NCBI GenBank assembly: GCA_965178125.1
Contig: CBCXTV010000001.1
Location: forward strand, 62,001-126,000
From: Bilabrum cf. latius
Taxonomy: Eukaryota
Direction: 5' to 3'
DNA: 64,000 nucleotides
Under the pieces are notes generated by a model. That model worked only from the letters and a program-made list of their open reading frames with translations, did not search any database and was not told where the DNA came from. Shown one piece after another: positions 31,996-42,323 of the stretch (position 1 is its first letter; each line of letters starts with the position of its first letter). Made by a program: the position numbers and the translations under genes.

Positions 31996-34281
31996 ATGTC
32001 GGCTCCGTTCAAGGGCGAAACGATGAGTTTGTCTGTTGCCGAGTCGCTGAAGTCCCGAGTCGCATCCTGCTCCTGGGATCCCGCGTGGGTTTCCGCGAGC
32101 TGCGTGCCGTGCGATGGCCTCCCCACAAGCCAGGAGTCAGAAGCGTCCACGACGGCGACCTCTGCTTTGTTAGGGGTGTCCGAGGCGTCCCCAACGTGCT
32201 CGTGTGGCCTCGGTGTCTCCAATTCGGTGGCTGCAGCGCGCGCGGCCGCTGTCCCGAGTTTTGGCTTTGACGATGCGGAGAACGACTTCGACGCCAGTCT
32301 CGACATGATTGAGGCCTCATGCGAGGTCGCATGCGAGGCAGAATGCGAGGGCGATCCGGGAGCCTGCTTGTTGTCCCACGGCAAGTCGAGCGGTCAGTGG
32401 CAGATCGGCGTAGTGGGTGAACGAGTCCTTTATGAGGGCCTCAGCGTTGAGGGCGACATTCCTGGCCGCGTTGCTGCCTCCGAAGCGCTCGCCGCGGGTG
32501 TCATCAATTTGGAACCCCCGTCAGAGGAAGTACTTTTGCCGGTGCAGCTTCTGCGGAGTAGTCAAGGTTACCGTGGGGTTCTGCCCATCGAGGATTCTGC
32601 GCCCGATGCGAGGGGGCGACCGCAGATGCTCATGCTCCCCGATTTCGTGCCCCGCGTGAAGAGGCGGCGTCTTCGGCAGAAGTGCGACCCTGCTGAGGGC
32701 GATGCAGCACCGAGTCTTGCGGCTCATCTCGGACCTCCGCCCGCGGCTCGTGCCGCGGCCGGAGCGTCTGGGCCGCAGCGCTCGACTGGAAGGCCTTCGA
32801 CTCGTCCTATTGATAGTGTCATCTATCGTCTCCTGCGGGTTTTCCCTGACGATTTCAAGTTGGCGTTTCCGGCGTCGGTGTCACACCAGCGGAAGCGGTG
32901 CCTCATCAGGGAGGCGCTTCGCAATGTACCCGGTGACCGCATGTGCATCTTGAAAGACTGGGCTGCGGGGGCGGAGGACACTCCTTGCCAGCTTCGTTTC
33001 GAGGAGCTCTTCCCGGAGCTTGCGCGGCAGCGGGACGAAGTTGTGAGGAATCCGGGATCGCACTCAGTGCCCGTGGGCGAGATTGTGCCTGCGTCCGACA
33101 AGAACACGAGGCGGGGAAGGGCCGTGATGCTTACCTTTCACGGTCGCTGGGGTGTCGAAAAGGAGCCTGTGCGCGACATCATGTCGGCATCCGTGGCAAG
33201 GGGCGTCCTGAGGCGATTGGTTCTCGCGTCTCCGTTCTATGTGGAGCTTTGGGCCACCTTCAAGGCATGGGCGCAGGACATCGCGCGGCGGATGATGTGG
33301 CCTCAGCTGTCCATGAAAATGGAGCTCTCCCTGCACCGCAAGCACGCCGCAAACTTGGTGCACTTCCACGTATGCATGACGGATTCCGAGAAGTCGCATC
33401 GTTGTCGCGTGGCGGAGGATTTCATGTGGGCCGGCAGCAGGCCGAATGTCGTCTACGGCTCCGGGCGGTCAGCGAAGGCGCAGGAACGTGGCGCGTCGGA
33501 GTTACACTATTATTGTCAAGCTCCCAAAGTCGGTGCGCTGCTTTGCGCCACGAACTACCGAGCCGGACGCGATTTCGTCGTCAATGGTAAGTTCGTGCAC
33601 GCGTTGTTCGCACGCTTCAAAATGGATCCGGACGTCGCGAGAAGGGAACTCGTGGCGTATCGGTGTCGGGACGCCGAGAACTTAGTGCGCGCCATCGACT
33701 TCCACATACAGAATACCGCGGAGAGGAGAGAGGTGTGCGCGCAGGCCGCGGTGCACGTAGTGACGAAGCTCCGCCCCTTTAAGGTGGTGCCCGAAGTCGA
33801 GAAGTGGCGCGAGAGCTATCGTCAGGAGTGGTTCGCGCACATGCGCTTCAAGTTCCTTGTCTTGGTGGGGGACTCCCGGTTCGGGAAGACAGTGTACGCG
33901 CGGAATCTCTTCGGGAGCGAAAGGACTCTTGTTGTGAACTGTCAGGGCAGTGTGGAACCTCCGCTCCGTGGCTTCGATCGAAGTCGGCATGTGGCCATTG
34001 TGTTCGACGAGGCAAATGCCCTGTGGGTCGTCAACAACAAACAGGTCTTTCAGGCTGGCCTTGACCCCTCCCTGCTCGGCCAGAGCAAGACGAACAGCCT
34101 CGCATACTCTGTGTGGCTCCACGGTATCGCCCTGATCATCTGCACGAATTCGTGGGGCTCTGACGTGACGGAGTCGGCGGACCGCGATTGGCTTGACAAC
34201 AACTGCACGAAAGTGGAGGTGAAAGATCGGCTCTACTTCGACGAGGACTTGTTGTCTCTCACGGATGTGCAGAAGAGCTGA
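31996..34281 (+). CDS. rep: HUH-SF3 Rep, copy 2
   Basis: Same motifs; one S>P difference from copy 1. Confidence 0.93.
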   Translation: MSAPFKGETMSLSVAESLKSRVASCSWDPAWVSASCVPCDGLPTSQESEASTTATSALLGVSEASPTCSCGLGVSNSVAAARAAAVPSFGFDDAENDFDASLDMIEASCEVACEAECEGDPGACLLSHGKSSGQWQIGVVGERVLYEGLSVEGDIPGRVAASEALAAGVINLEPPSEEVLLPVQLLRSSQGYRGVLPIEDSAPDARGRPQMLMLPDFVPRVKRRRLRQKCDPAEGDAAPSLAAHLGPPPAARAAAGASGPQRSTGRPSTRPIDSVIYRLLRVFPDDFKLAFPASVSHQRKRCLIREALRNVPGDRMCILKDWAAGAEDTPCQLRFEELFPELARQRDEVVRNPGSHSVPVGEIVPASDKNTRRGRAVMLTFHGRWGVEKEPVRDIMSASVARGVLRRLVLASPFYVELWATFKAWAQDIARRMMWPQLSMKMELSLHRKHAANLVHFHVCMTDSEKSHRCRVAEDFMWAGSRPNVVYGSGRSAKAQERGASELHYYCQAPKVGALLCATNYRAGRDFVVNGKFVHALFARFKMDPDVARRELVAYRCRDAENLVRAIDFHIQNTAERREVCAQAAVHVVTKLRPFKVVPEVEKWRESYRQEWFAHMRFKFLVLVGDSRFGKTVYARNLFGSERTLVVNCQGSVEPPLRGFDRSRHVAIVFDEANALWVVNNKQVFQAGLDPSLLGQSKTNSLAYSVWLHGIALIICTNSWGSDVTESADRDWLDNNCTKVEVKDRLYFDEDLLSLTDVQKS

Positions 34282-34685
34282 CGCCGGCCGCTGAGGTTTT
34301 CAGTCCGGTTCACACGAGCGCCGGAGCCGCAGCGGCAGCCGCTTCGGTGCTCCTGAAGGTCTAATGTCCTCAATGCGTTTCGTGTGCAAAAAGGATGTGG
34401 TTTCTACATGGGGGCATTCCGCAAGTTTCATGTGGTCCGTCGCGTTCGTCCGGGGGAGTGCTTGCCTAGTATTGGGAGCTTGCCTGACACACACACACGT
34501 GGCACCCAGCCTGATGGGTTGCAAGTGTGTGTGTGTCTCCGCAGTGCCGCGGTTGGGACCCGGCGGGTCGTTTGCTTTTACGTCGCCGCGTCGCGCGCCG
34601 ACGAGACATTTCTTGGTCTCAGAAGCCTCTGCTTCCGGTAGGCGCGCCGTGTACACTCGCGGGCCGAAGGTGGGTGCGTTGCTTG

Positions 34686-35378
34686 ATGGCCTACGTCGGT
34701 ATCGCCGATGCACCGTATGTGCCCGTGGTTGCCGCGTCGACCTCCGAGCACGCCCCGGAGGGCGAGGTGGAGATGATGCTTGCGCCTCTTGCCGGAGATG
34801 TCGGTTTCAAGCGGCCTCGCGTGTTTCCTCCCGGTTCGCGACTTCTTCCTAAGTCGCCGGCCCATCCGGCGGTGCTCATAACAGCGCTCGGCAGTGAGGC
34901 ACCCCAGGACACACAGTGCGTCGTTTGGTCGGACTCTAAGGCTTTCGACCTCGCGGAGTTTGTATGCTCTTCCTGCGGCTGCAATCGTGTCATGGCGGAC
35001 CTGAATCATCGTATGCGTGATCGTCTCGTACGTCGCGTGCAGCGCACGCTTTATGCCGATGATTCTCCGTGCGGCAGGGGTGCGATTTCGTGTCGTGCTT
35101 GTCGCGAGAAGGCGCGCGACGCGGCGCCGAAGACGTCGATTATGAACGCGGCGAACAAGAAGAAGATCTCGGGAACTCTTCGCATGCAGTTGGATCTCAT
35201 TGTAGAGACCGGGGAGCGGAAGGGTCAGCGTTGTACTGCGGAGAAAATTCTGACATTGGGAACGATGAAGCAGCACAGGGTTTTCGAGAGGGACCTTTAC
35301 GATGAGGCATGGCGCGGGCTTGTTCGTCTGTCTGGACGCGAGGCTTGGAGCGATGACGACTCGTGGTCTCCGCGTTGA
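34686..35378 (+). CDS. Zinc-finger protein A, copy 2
   Basis: Repeat of 7487..8179. Confidence 0.65.
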   Translation: MAYVGIADAPYVPVVAASTSEHAPEGEVEMMLAPLAGDVGFKRPRVFPPGSRLLPKSPAHPAVLITALGSEAPQDTQCVVWSDSKAFDLAEFVCSSCGCNRVMADLNHRMRDRLVRRVQRTLYADDSPCGRGAISCRACREKARDAAPKTSIMNAANKKKISGTLRMQLDLIVETGERKGQRCTAEKILTLGTMKQHRVFERDLYDEAWRGLVRLSGREAWSDDDSWSPR

Positions 35379-36497
35379 GCTTGCGTGACGGTTTTCCCTC
35401 TTAACCTGGCCTCTTGCGTGGCGCTGCTTCCGCGTGTGGCCTGAGCGTGCGACCTGAGCGTTCGGCCTGCTGTCGCGTGTGACCTGAGCGAACGGGCGCT
35501 CGACAGTATCCCGCGTTTGTTGCTTCTGGGGTTCAAGAAACTTGTACTTTTTGGGCTGTACGGTGGTCAGTGGTGCACGGTTCGTTCGCAGCCTCCGCGT
35601 TGTTGGAAAGCTATGGTGGAGCATGGTTCTTTTCGCAGCCTCCGCGTTGTGATCAAGCTACGGTGGAGCATGGTTCGTGAGCATGGTTCTTTTCGCAGCC
35701 TCCGCGTTGTTGACACGTGAAAGCTACGCGAACGTGACCACACAATAGGCCATACCCCAGGTGAAATCCGGACTCGGACATCCAGACGAAACGGCATCAT
35801 GCACACTGTTGAACACACAAATGACACTGAGCTCCACCGTAACGTAACTTTCCATCACCACCTGGTTTATTTTCTCCGCGATGGCAGCTTGGCGGTGACG
35901 CTGTGTCTTCGGGCATGAAGGGGCAAATCTTTGATTTTTTGGGCCCTGTTTCGGTCACCGAAAAGTCGTGTGATTTCTGGCGCGCAGGAGGAGTGACGCA
36001 AGGTATTTCTGAACCGTTTTCCGGACGCTTTCCGGGCCTCCCATGTGACCGCTTTTTGCGTACCGAAACACGTTCCGCGCGTGAGGAGCAGATGCGGATC
36101 TCCGCGGGGTCCTAGTTGTGTCCTTTTTCGGGGGACGAAATCGGGCGCACTTGTCGTGCCGATTCGTGGTCGTCTCTGAGACCGGCTGCGAGTCGGGAAA
36201 GGTGCCCGGGAGATGCTCGTGTCCTTGGCTTCGTATTTCTCCGCGTATTCTTCAAACGCGGGCGCACGTCTCCTACCGATTCGTGGTCGGTTTCCGAGGC
36301 CGATCGCGAGTCGGGAAATGCGCCCGCGATGCGCTCTCGATCTCGGAAAGGGCGGGAGTCCGTTCTTGCATTCGGAATGGGCGGGGAGTTGCTTTTCCTG
36401 GGAGCATGTGCGAGATTCCTTCTCCGCGGGTCCTCTTTCGGCTTCGGCAGTCAGCAGCGCACTCTGCGGGAACGGCATTCTCCGAGTCTCTTTGCCG

Positions 36498-37505
36498 ATG
36501 ATGTCTGAGGAGAAACCGTCCGAGAGCATTGCTGTTTCCTTGGGAGACGGCCGCAATCTTCGTGCGCGTCGAGGCGCCGGTGATATGGGAAACGAGGGCG
36601 GCATGTTGGCGCGCGAGGTCGACGCGCCGGCGGAGCACGCCGGCGCGGCGGCAAGCGTCGATGATTCGGGCGGCCCCCACATCGAGAGCGGCGGCGCGGA
36701 GGCGGCGTCCACGGGGATGCTCGGAGAGGAGAGCGGCAAGGCAGCGCCGAAGGAGGACGCCGAAGACGACGGCGGCAAGAAGACGGAGGAGGAGGATGCT
36801 CGCGGCGGTGGACGTGCTGTGGTGCCCGGAGGTAATGACGACGTATGGACCAACGCAGCAGCTTGGAAGGCGGGTGGCGGCGTGGCAGCCGGGGCGGTCT
36901 CTGGCGCTGATAGCTGGGATCTATGGGGGACCCCTGCGAAGTCGTCATGGGGGGAGACGTACGTGCTGCGGCAGGTCGCGTCGGAGCCGGCGGAGGAGGC
37001 GACATGGACTTGCAACGCGTGCCAGTGCTGCAAGCCCCGGTCGGCGTACTTTAAGAAGTGGAAGGACTGGATCCAACCAGTTTGCCGGGTGTGTTGCGAC
37101 AAGTTCGACAACGCGACGCCGTGGTGGGTGTGGTGCAAGAGCTGCAAAAACGAGTATCCGGCGTACCGATTTCCCCAGATCCGCCGGAAGAAGGAGAACT
37201 TGCGCTATTTCTTCCCTGAGGACTGGTGCGCGAAGTGCCTGGTTGCGCGTGGCTGGAGTCTCCATGATGTCCGTTCCTCTGCGGGTGAAGCGAAGCGTTG
37301 GGTGCCAAAAGCTGGCGCGAATACCGGTGACGGCGACAACGACGCTCGTGCTCCCGCACGCGACGAGCTTCCTGCAGGAGGCGCCGCCTCCTGCAGCAAC
37401 GCCGTGCGTCAGAGTTCTTCGCGTGACGAGGCCTTGGATGACATCAAGCGGGCCATGGAGCTTCTCCAGAATGCGGAAAGGTTCCTCCTCACGATGCCAG
37501 CGTGA
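36498..37505 (+). CDS. Zinc-finger protein B, copy 2
   Basis: Repeat of 9299..10306. Confidence 0.75.
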   Translation: MMSEEKPSESIAVSLGDGRNLRARRGAGDMGNEGGMLAREVDAPAEHAGAAASVDDSGGPHIESGGAEAASTGMLGEESGKAAPKEDAEDDGGKKTEEEDARGGGRAVVPGGNDDVWTNAAAWKAGGGVAAGAVSGADSWDLWGTPAKSSWGETYVLRQVASEPAEEATWTCNACQCCKPRSAYFKKWKDWIQPVCRVCCDKFDNATPWWVWCKSCKNEYPAYRFPQIRRKKENLRYFFPEDWCAKCLVARGWSLHDVRSSAGEAKRWVPKAGANTGDGDNDARAPARDELPAGGAASCSNAVRQSSSRDEALDDIKRAMELLQNAERFLLTMPA

Positions 37506-38606
37506 CGCGGGAGCTTCCCGAATGGGTCCGTCGTACTGTGAGGGCGCTCCGGAAGGAAGAGCGCGAGTGAGTCATCCTTGCGCCGAGGTGAGCGCGACGT
37601 CGGAGGAGCACGGTCGTTTGATTGGGAACGATATGGTCGGCAGAGTGTGAAAATCCGAGTTTCTCGTGCAGGATTGGGCAGCTCTCTAGATATCTTGCCT
37701 GGGAAGGGTGTGATGTGGTGGGAGCGCTTCCGCCTCACGTGGCAGACGTCCACACTTCCTGGTTCCCCGGCAGGCTGTTTGGCGAGACGGAGTGGCAAAG
37801 CATCCGCCTGCTGATTCCTACTTTGTTACCTCGATTGTGAGCTCGGAGCTTGGGGCGGAGGATTCTGCGGGCAGCTCATGTGTGCCTAGAGTGTCATCCC
37901 GCGACCCTCTGACTTCTGTTCGTGGCTTTACCTCTTCGCGCAGGAAGATTCCTCATGAGGCAAGCCCGGTCCGAACTCGCGTGGGATGCCGTGCGCTGGT
38001 GCGGCTTCCACTCATCCCCGGGGTGGGGAGCGCTGGGTAAAGGATCGTCTGTCCCTGCAAGTTTCGATTCGGCGAGGTGCGGCAGCATGACGCGGACCGA
38101 GGTGAAGTCCTTTGTCCGCGATAGGTCGCCGCGTCGCGCGGTGGCGACCCCACAGCGCCCCAATCCCATTCCGGAGAGGGGGTGTGATGCAGTGGGAGCC
38201 CTTCCGCCTCACGTGACAGACGTTCACACTTCCTGGTTCCCATAAGGTCTTCAGCACAGCGCATGCGAGGCAGGCTGTTCGGCGAGACGTAGTGGCATCG
38301 CCCCCGCCTGCTCATTCCTACTTTGTTACCTCGATTGTCAGCTTGGGGCTCGGGGCGGCGGATTCAGCGGGCAGCTCATGTATGCTGGAGTGTCATCCCG
38401 CGACCTCTGACTTCTGTCCGTGGCTTTACCTCTTCGCGCAGGAAGATTCCTCATGAGGCAAGCCCGGTGCGAACTCCTGTGGGATGCCGTGCGCTGGTTC
38501 GGATTCCACTCATGCCCGATGTGGGGAGCGCTAGGGTAAAGGATCGTCTGTCCCTGCAAGTTTCGATTCGGCTCGAGTCAATGTGAGGAAGGAGAGGTGC
38601 GGCAGC

Positions 38607-39128
38607 ATGACGCGGAACGAGGTGACGTCCTTTGTCCGCGATAGGTCGCCGCGTCGCGCGGTGGCGACCCCGCAGCGCCCAAACCCCGCCCCGCCTAGTC
38701 CTCACTCGACAGCGGTGTCGAACCTGCAGCAGCGCTTCGAGAACATGCAGCAGCGTGCGGAAAGCTTGAGCGCTCAGCTGGAGTACGCCCAAAGTGTGAT
38801 CAGGCTGCTCTCAGGCCTGTTGCGCGATGAGGCTCCTCGGTTCTATGCAGACTTTGATCCCGTGATTCGGCGTGCGATGTCTGGCGCAAGCGGCTCCGTT
38901 GCGGGTAGGTCTTTCCGTCTTGTGGACGGAGGCGTCATCCACGGACCTGACACAGCAGTCGCTGCTCCTCCGCGTCGTCTCATCGTTGAGGTGCGTACGG
39001 ACTGGGAGATGACCGAGACTGCCTCAACTGTGCTGGATTCCTCAGGATCAGACGACATGGGTTCCGAGGACTCGCCGCCGCCGACCGTCGTCCTCCCCAG
39101 CGGCGCGGCGGGCGCCGGCGGTGCCTAG
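38607..39128 (+). CDS. Hypothetical coiled-coil protein, copy 2
   Basis: Repeat of 11408..11929. Confidence 0.6.
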   Translation: MTRNEVTSFVRDRSPRRAVATPQRPNPAPPSPHSTAVSNLQQRFENMQQRAESLSAQLEYAQSVIRLLSGLLRDEAPRFYADFDPVIRRAMSGASGSVAGRSFRLVDGGVIHGPDTAVAAPPRRLIVEVRTDWEMTETASTVLDSSGSDDMGSEDSPPPTVVLPSGAAGAGGA

Positions 39129-39702
39129 TCCTCGGCAGCTCCTGCATCGGAGCCTCCTGTCGAGATTCGATCGCGCAACGTCGTTCCTTACATTGCTTGC
39201 CGTCGCATGTGCCGGGCGGTGGTGGGTGTGCGTGTTCGCCGAAAGTTCCCGGCCTCGTCTTCCTCAGGAGAGCTCCTCGACCCGAAATTGGCAGCTCAGC
39301 GCTGCCGTGGCCGATACAGTACCCGTGCATGGCCAGTTGGCAGCTACGCGCTGCCGTTGCCAATGTCGTCCGCACGAGAGCAGAGTGGCAGCTCAGCGCA
39401 GGCGAGAAACCGCGCTCGCAATGCTGCGAGGTGTATTCAATGCTGTGCACGTGTCTATCCCTCTCCCTGGTTTTGTCTCGCTTGCGCCAGTGTGACCGCA
39501 GCAGAGCGGGTGCTTCCCGTGCGTCTTCAGCTTTGAGCACTCCTCCAGCGACAGGAAGGCATTCGCTTGCTCTCGCTCCCCGCCTGCGTCCTATCCCTCC
39601 CGGGTATCTTCAGAGGCCACAGGCAGTGCGAAGCTTGGCAGCGGGTCCGTCCGCGTCGTTTCGGCTGTGAGCGATCTTCTGCCCGGTTCCTCACGCGTCA
39701 TA

Positions 39703-41304
39703 ATGTCCTCTGCTTCGGTGCCGGATCAGCTCGCACGGATCAGTAAGGAGCTGAAGTGTCTCAGAGACGCGAGACAACGGGCGCGCAATGGGCTGCGCCA
39801 TCCGTGGTTGCGCGCCATGGAGGCACAGGTCGCTGAGGTTATTCGTCATCACCCCGGCGGTGGCGAGGCAGCTCTTCGAACCTATGTCTCTCGTCAGTTG
39901 CAGAGTCGACAGGTTTCCACGCGGACGGCTTCGCAGGAGGAGTTTCAAAGGCAGGTCGATGAGGAGGTCGCGCTCACCATGAGGCGCCCAGCTGAGGCGT
40001 GGCAGCGAAATCCTCTTCGCTCATGTCATCGAGAGTCCGTGGCACGCGCAGAGACCTTTCTCGCCGAGGCTTCTGTCGTTGCTTGGATCGACCATGTGAA
40101 CGAGCAGCGTGGGTGTGCTCCAACTGGGAACATGGTTTTCGCCATGCTTGCGAGGATGGGCGTTCGCGCGGGGAAGGACTCGGCTCGACGGCAGTGGCTC
40201 CTGCGCTTCCGTCGTCGTTGGCGGCTTCGGCATGGCCGATTGAAGAAGCAGCCCCCGGTAACACTCGATTACGTCAGACTCGCGTGTCGTGTCTTCTATC
40301 AGTGGATTGAATTCGCAGAAGCGCGAGTGCCCCCCAACCGCCGCCTCGTCTTTGTGAATTTCGATGAGTCCAGCGTGCCCTTTGCCTTTCCGGGAATGCG
40401 CGGGTACATCGCACCGAGGTCAGGAACGGAGCCCGCTTCGCTTGGTTCGCGCACGGAGCGCCTCGCCTCGAATAGCAATCGAGGATCGTACACCTTTCTG
40501 GGTTTTATTAGCGACTGCCCGGAAATCCAGCGACGACTCCCGCGTATACTCATCGGGAAGCACACGCGGCTGAGCAAGCGCTTGATGCGTGGGGCGCCGA
40601 ACCAAATGGTGGACGGAATGGAAGTCTGGGCCCGAGAGAGCTCGTGGGTGACGCAGTCCCTCATGTTCGACATTCTGCGTCGGCTTTTCGCTTCTTGGAT
40701 GGACATTCAGCATGAGATCTATCCAATAGTGATACTTGACTGCGCGCCCCAACACATTTCCACTGAGATTGTGAACTTCGCACACGGCCTTGGCATGGAT
40801 CTCGTGTTTATTCCTGGTCGACTCACCTTCCTGCTTCAGCCGTTGGACGTTCTCGTCTTTCAGCTTCTTAAGCGCGACCTTCGGGAGACGTGGATGCAGG
40901 AGCGCTCGCGTCATGAAGCGGGTCATGTCGATGTCTCTTGCCATCTCAGGGTTGTCGCTGAGTGCACGAAGAGAGTGCTCTCGTCTGGCTCGTGGCAAGG
41001 CGCTTTCGATATGACAGGCATTACCAGCGGCAGGCGCCGCTTGCATTCGACCCTACGGCGCTTGTTTGAGTGTGACATGGAGGACATCTCCAGCGATGCT
41101 CCGTCTGTCGACCAGCTCCGCTTCATCAGCAGTCCGCAGCAGCCTCTCCCGCACGATGCGCTCATCAACAGGGCCCCAGTCGCGTCCGGACACGCGGTCG
41201 ACGGAGGCGTCCACGGTGGTAACGCTCGCCGCGTGCCTCGTGGCCGCAGACTAAACGGATGGACCCCCCGCGATCGCGCTCACCCCTCGGCGGCCATGCC
41301 GTGA
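39703..41304 (+). CDS. pogo/Tc5 DD35D transposase, copy 2
   Basis: Same protein as 12504..14105. Confidence 0.92.
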   Translation: MSSASVPDQLARISKELKCLRDARQRARNGLRHPWLRAMEAQVAEVIRHHPGGGEAALRTYVSRQLQSRQVSTRTASQEEFQRQVDEEVALTMRRPAEAWQRNPLRSCHRESVARAETFLAEASVVAWIDHVNEQRGCAPTGNMVFAMLARMGVRAGKDSARRQWLLRFRRRWRLRHGRLKKQPPVTLDYVRLACRVFYQWIEFAEARVPPNRRLVFVNFDESSVPFAFPGMRGYIAPRSGTEPASLGSRTERLASNSNRGSYTFLGFISDCPEIQRRLPRILIGKHTRLSKRLMRGAPNQMVDGMEVWARESSWVTQSLMFDILRRLFASWMDIQHEIYPIVILDCAPQHISTEIVNFAHGLGMDLVFIPGRLTFLLQPLDVLVFQLLKRDLRETWMQERSRHEAGHVDVSCHLRVVAECTKRVLSSGSWQGAFDMTGITSGRRRLHSTLRRLFECDMEDISSDAPSVDQLRFISSPQQPLPHDALINRAPVASGHAVDGGVHGGNARRVPRGRRLNGWTPRDRAHPSAAMP

Positions 41305-42323
41305 CCTCGACCACGACCATGTCAGGGGCGAACGCGACTTCGTCAACCTCGAGCACGACCATCCCAGCGGCGAACGCGGCTTCCTCGATGGGATCCCTGA
41401 CCCCGACGAAGCTTCCCCGACCTCGGCCACGTGAACCTGCAGGCGCATTCTTGCCCGATGTGCCCGCGCAGGTGGCGGCCTGCACGGCGTGGGCGCCACC
41501 GTTTCGTCGACCAGACAGCTCAGCCACTCCGGCGACGCGCGAGGCGGCAACGTCCACGTGCATCAATCCGTGGACCGCTCTCTCCTGGTATCCGACACCA
41601 CCGCAGCCGACGGACCCCCCTTCCGACAGGCCTCGCGAGGTACCGAACCGGAGCTCCCGGCAGCAGCGCAGGCGTCATGCTTGGGGCGGCACGTGGGTGT
41701 TCGACGACGCCATTACGCTCAGCGATTGCGGGTCGAGGGTGCAGATCGACGCGCCGCAGTCGAAGCTCTTGGCGATGGTCCTGCCCCGGAAGTCGGGCCA
41801 GTGGATTCCTCGTAGGCTGCGCTCGCGTACGATCTGGTATTTGGCTGGGGAGCAGTCGGCCGTGATCACCAACCTCAAGTGCCAGGCCTGCAGTCGGGTC
41901 AAGCACGCGGACAGCTTCAACCCGAAGAGCTTGCGTCGGGCTCAGTACTCGTTGCTGCATTCCCTGTGGCCCGGCTACATACGACGTACCGAGCGGTCTA
42001 TTTGGTGCACGCAGTGTGCGGTGGAGGACCAGTTGATGCAGGGCAACTTTCCGGACGGCTACTGTTTCCGGATCCGCGCCACACTCGAAATTTGCCATCA
42101 AGATCGCGTCGCGGCCAAGCTGTTTGCAGTGCACGACAGTAACGCTCTCTTCGAGCAGATCCCGCTGAGCTCCCGTGCGGCCATGGACGTGGCGGAGCAG
42201 TTGCGCCGATACTGGCAGGATGCCGTGTCCTCAGACGGCCAGAGCAACATCTTCCACAGCGACCACGTTTCGACAGACGACGACTCTGAGTTCGCACCGG
42301 GCGGACCGGAGAGCGTGCCGTGA
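41259..42323 (+). CDS. Zinc-finger protein C, copy 2
   Basis: Repeat of 14060..15124. Confidence 0.7.
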   Translation: MDPPRSRSPLGGHAVTSTTTMSGANATSSTSSTTIPAANAASSMGSLTPTKLPRPRPREPAGAFLPDVPAQVAACTAWAPPFRRPDSSATPATREAATSTCINPWTALSWYPTPPQPTDPPSDRPREVPNRSSRQQRRRHAWGGTWVFDDAITLSDCGSRVQIDAPQSKLLAMVLPRKSGQWIPRRLRSRTIWYLAGEQSAVITNLKCQACSRVKHADSFNPKSLRRAQYSLLHSLWPGYIRRTERSIWCTQCAVEDQLMQGNFPDGYCFRIRATLEICHQDRVAAKLFAVHDSNALFEQIPLSSRAAMDVAEQLRRYWQDAVSSDGQSNIFHSDHVSTDDDSEFAPGGPESVP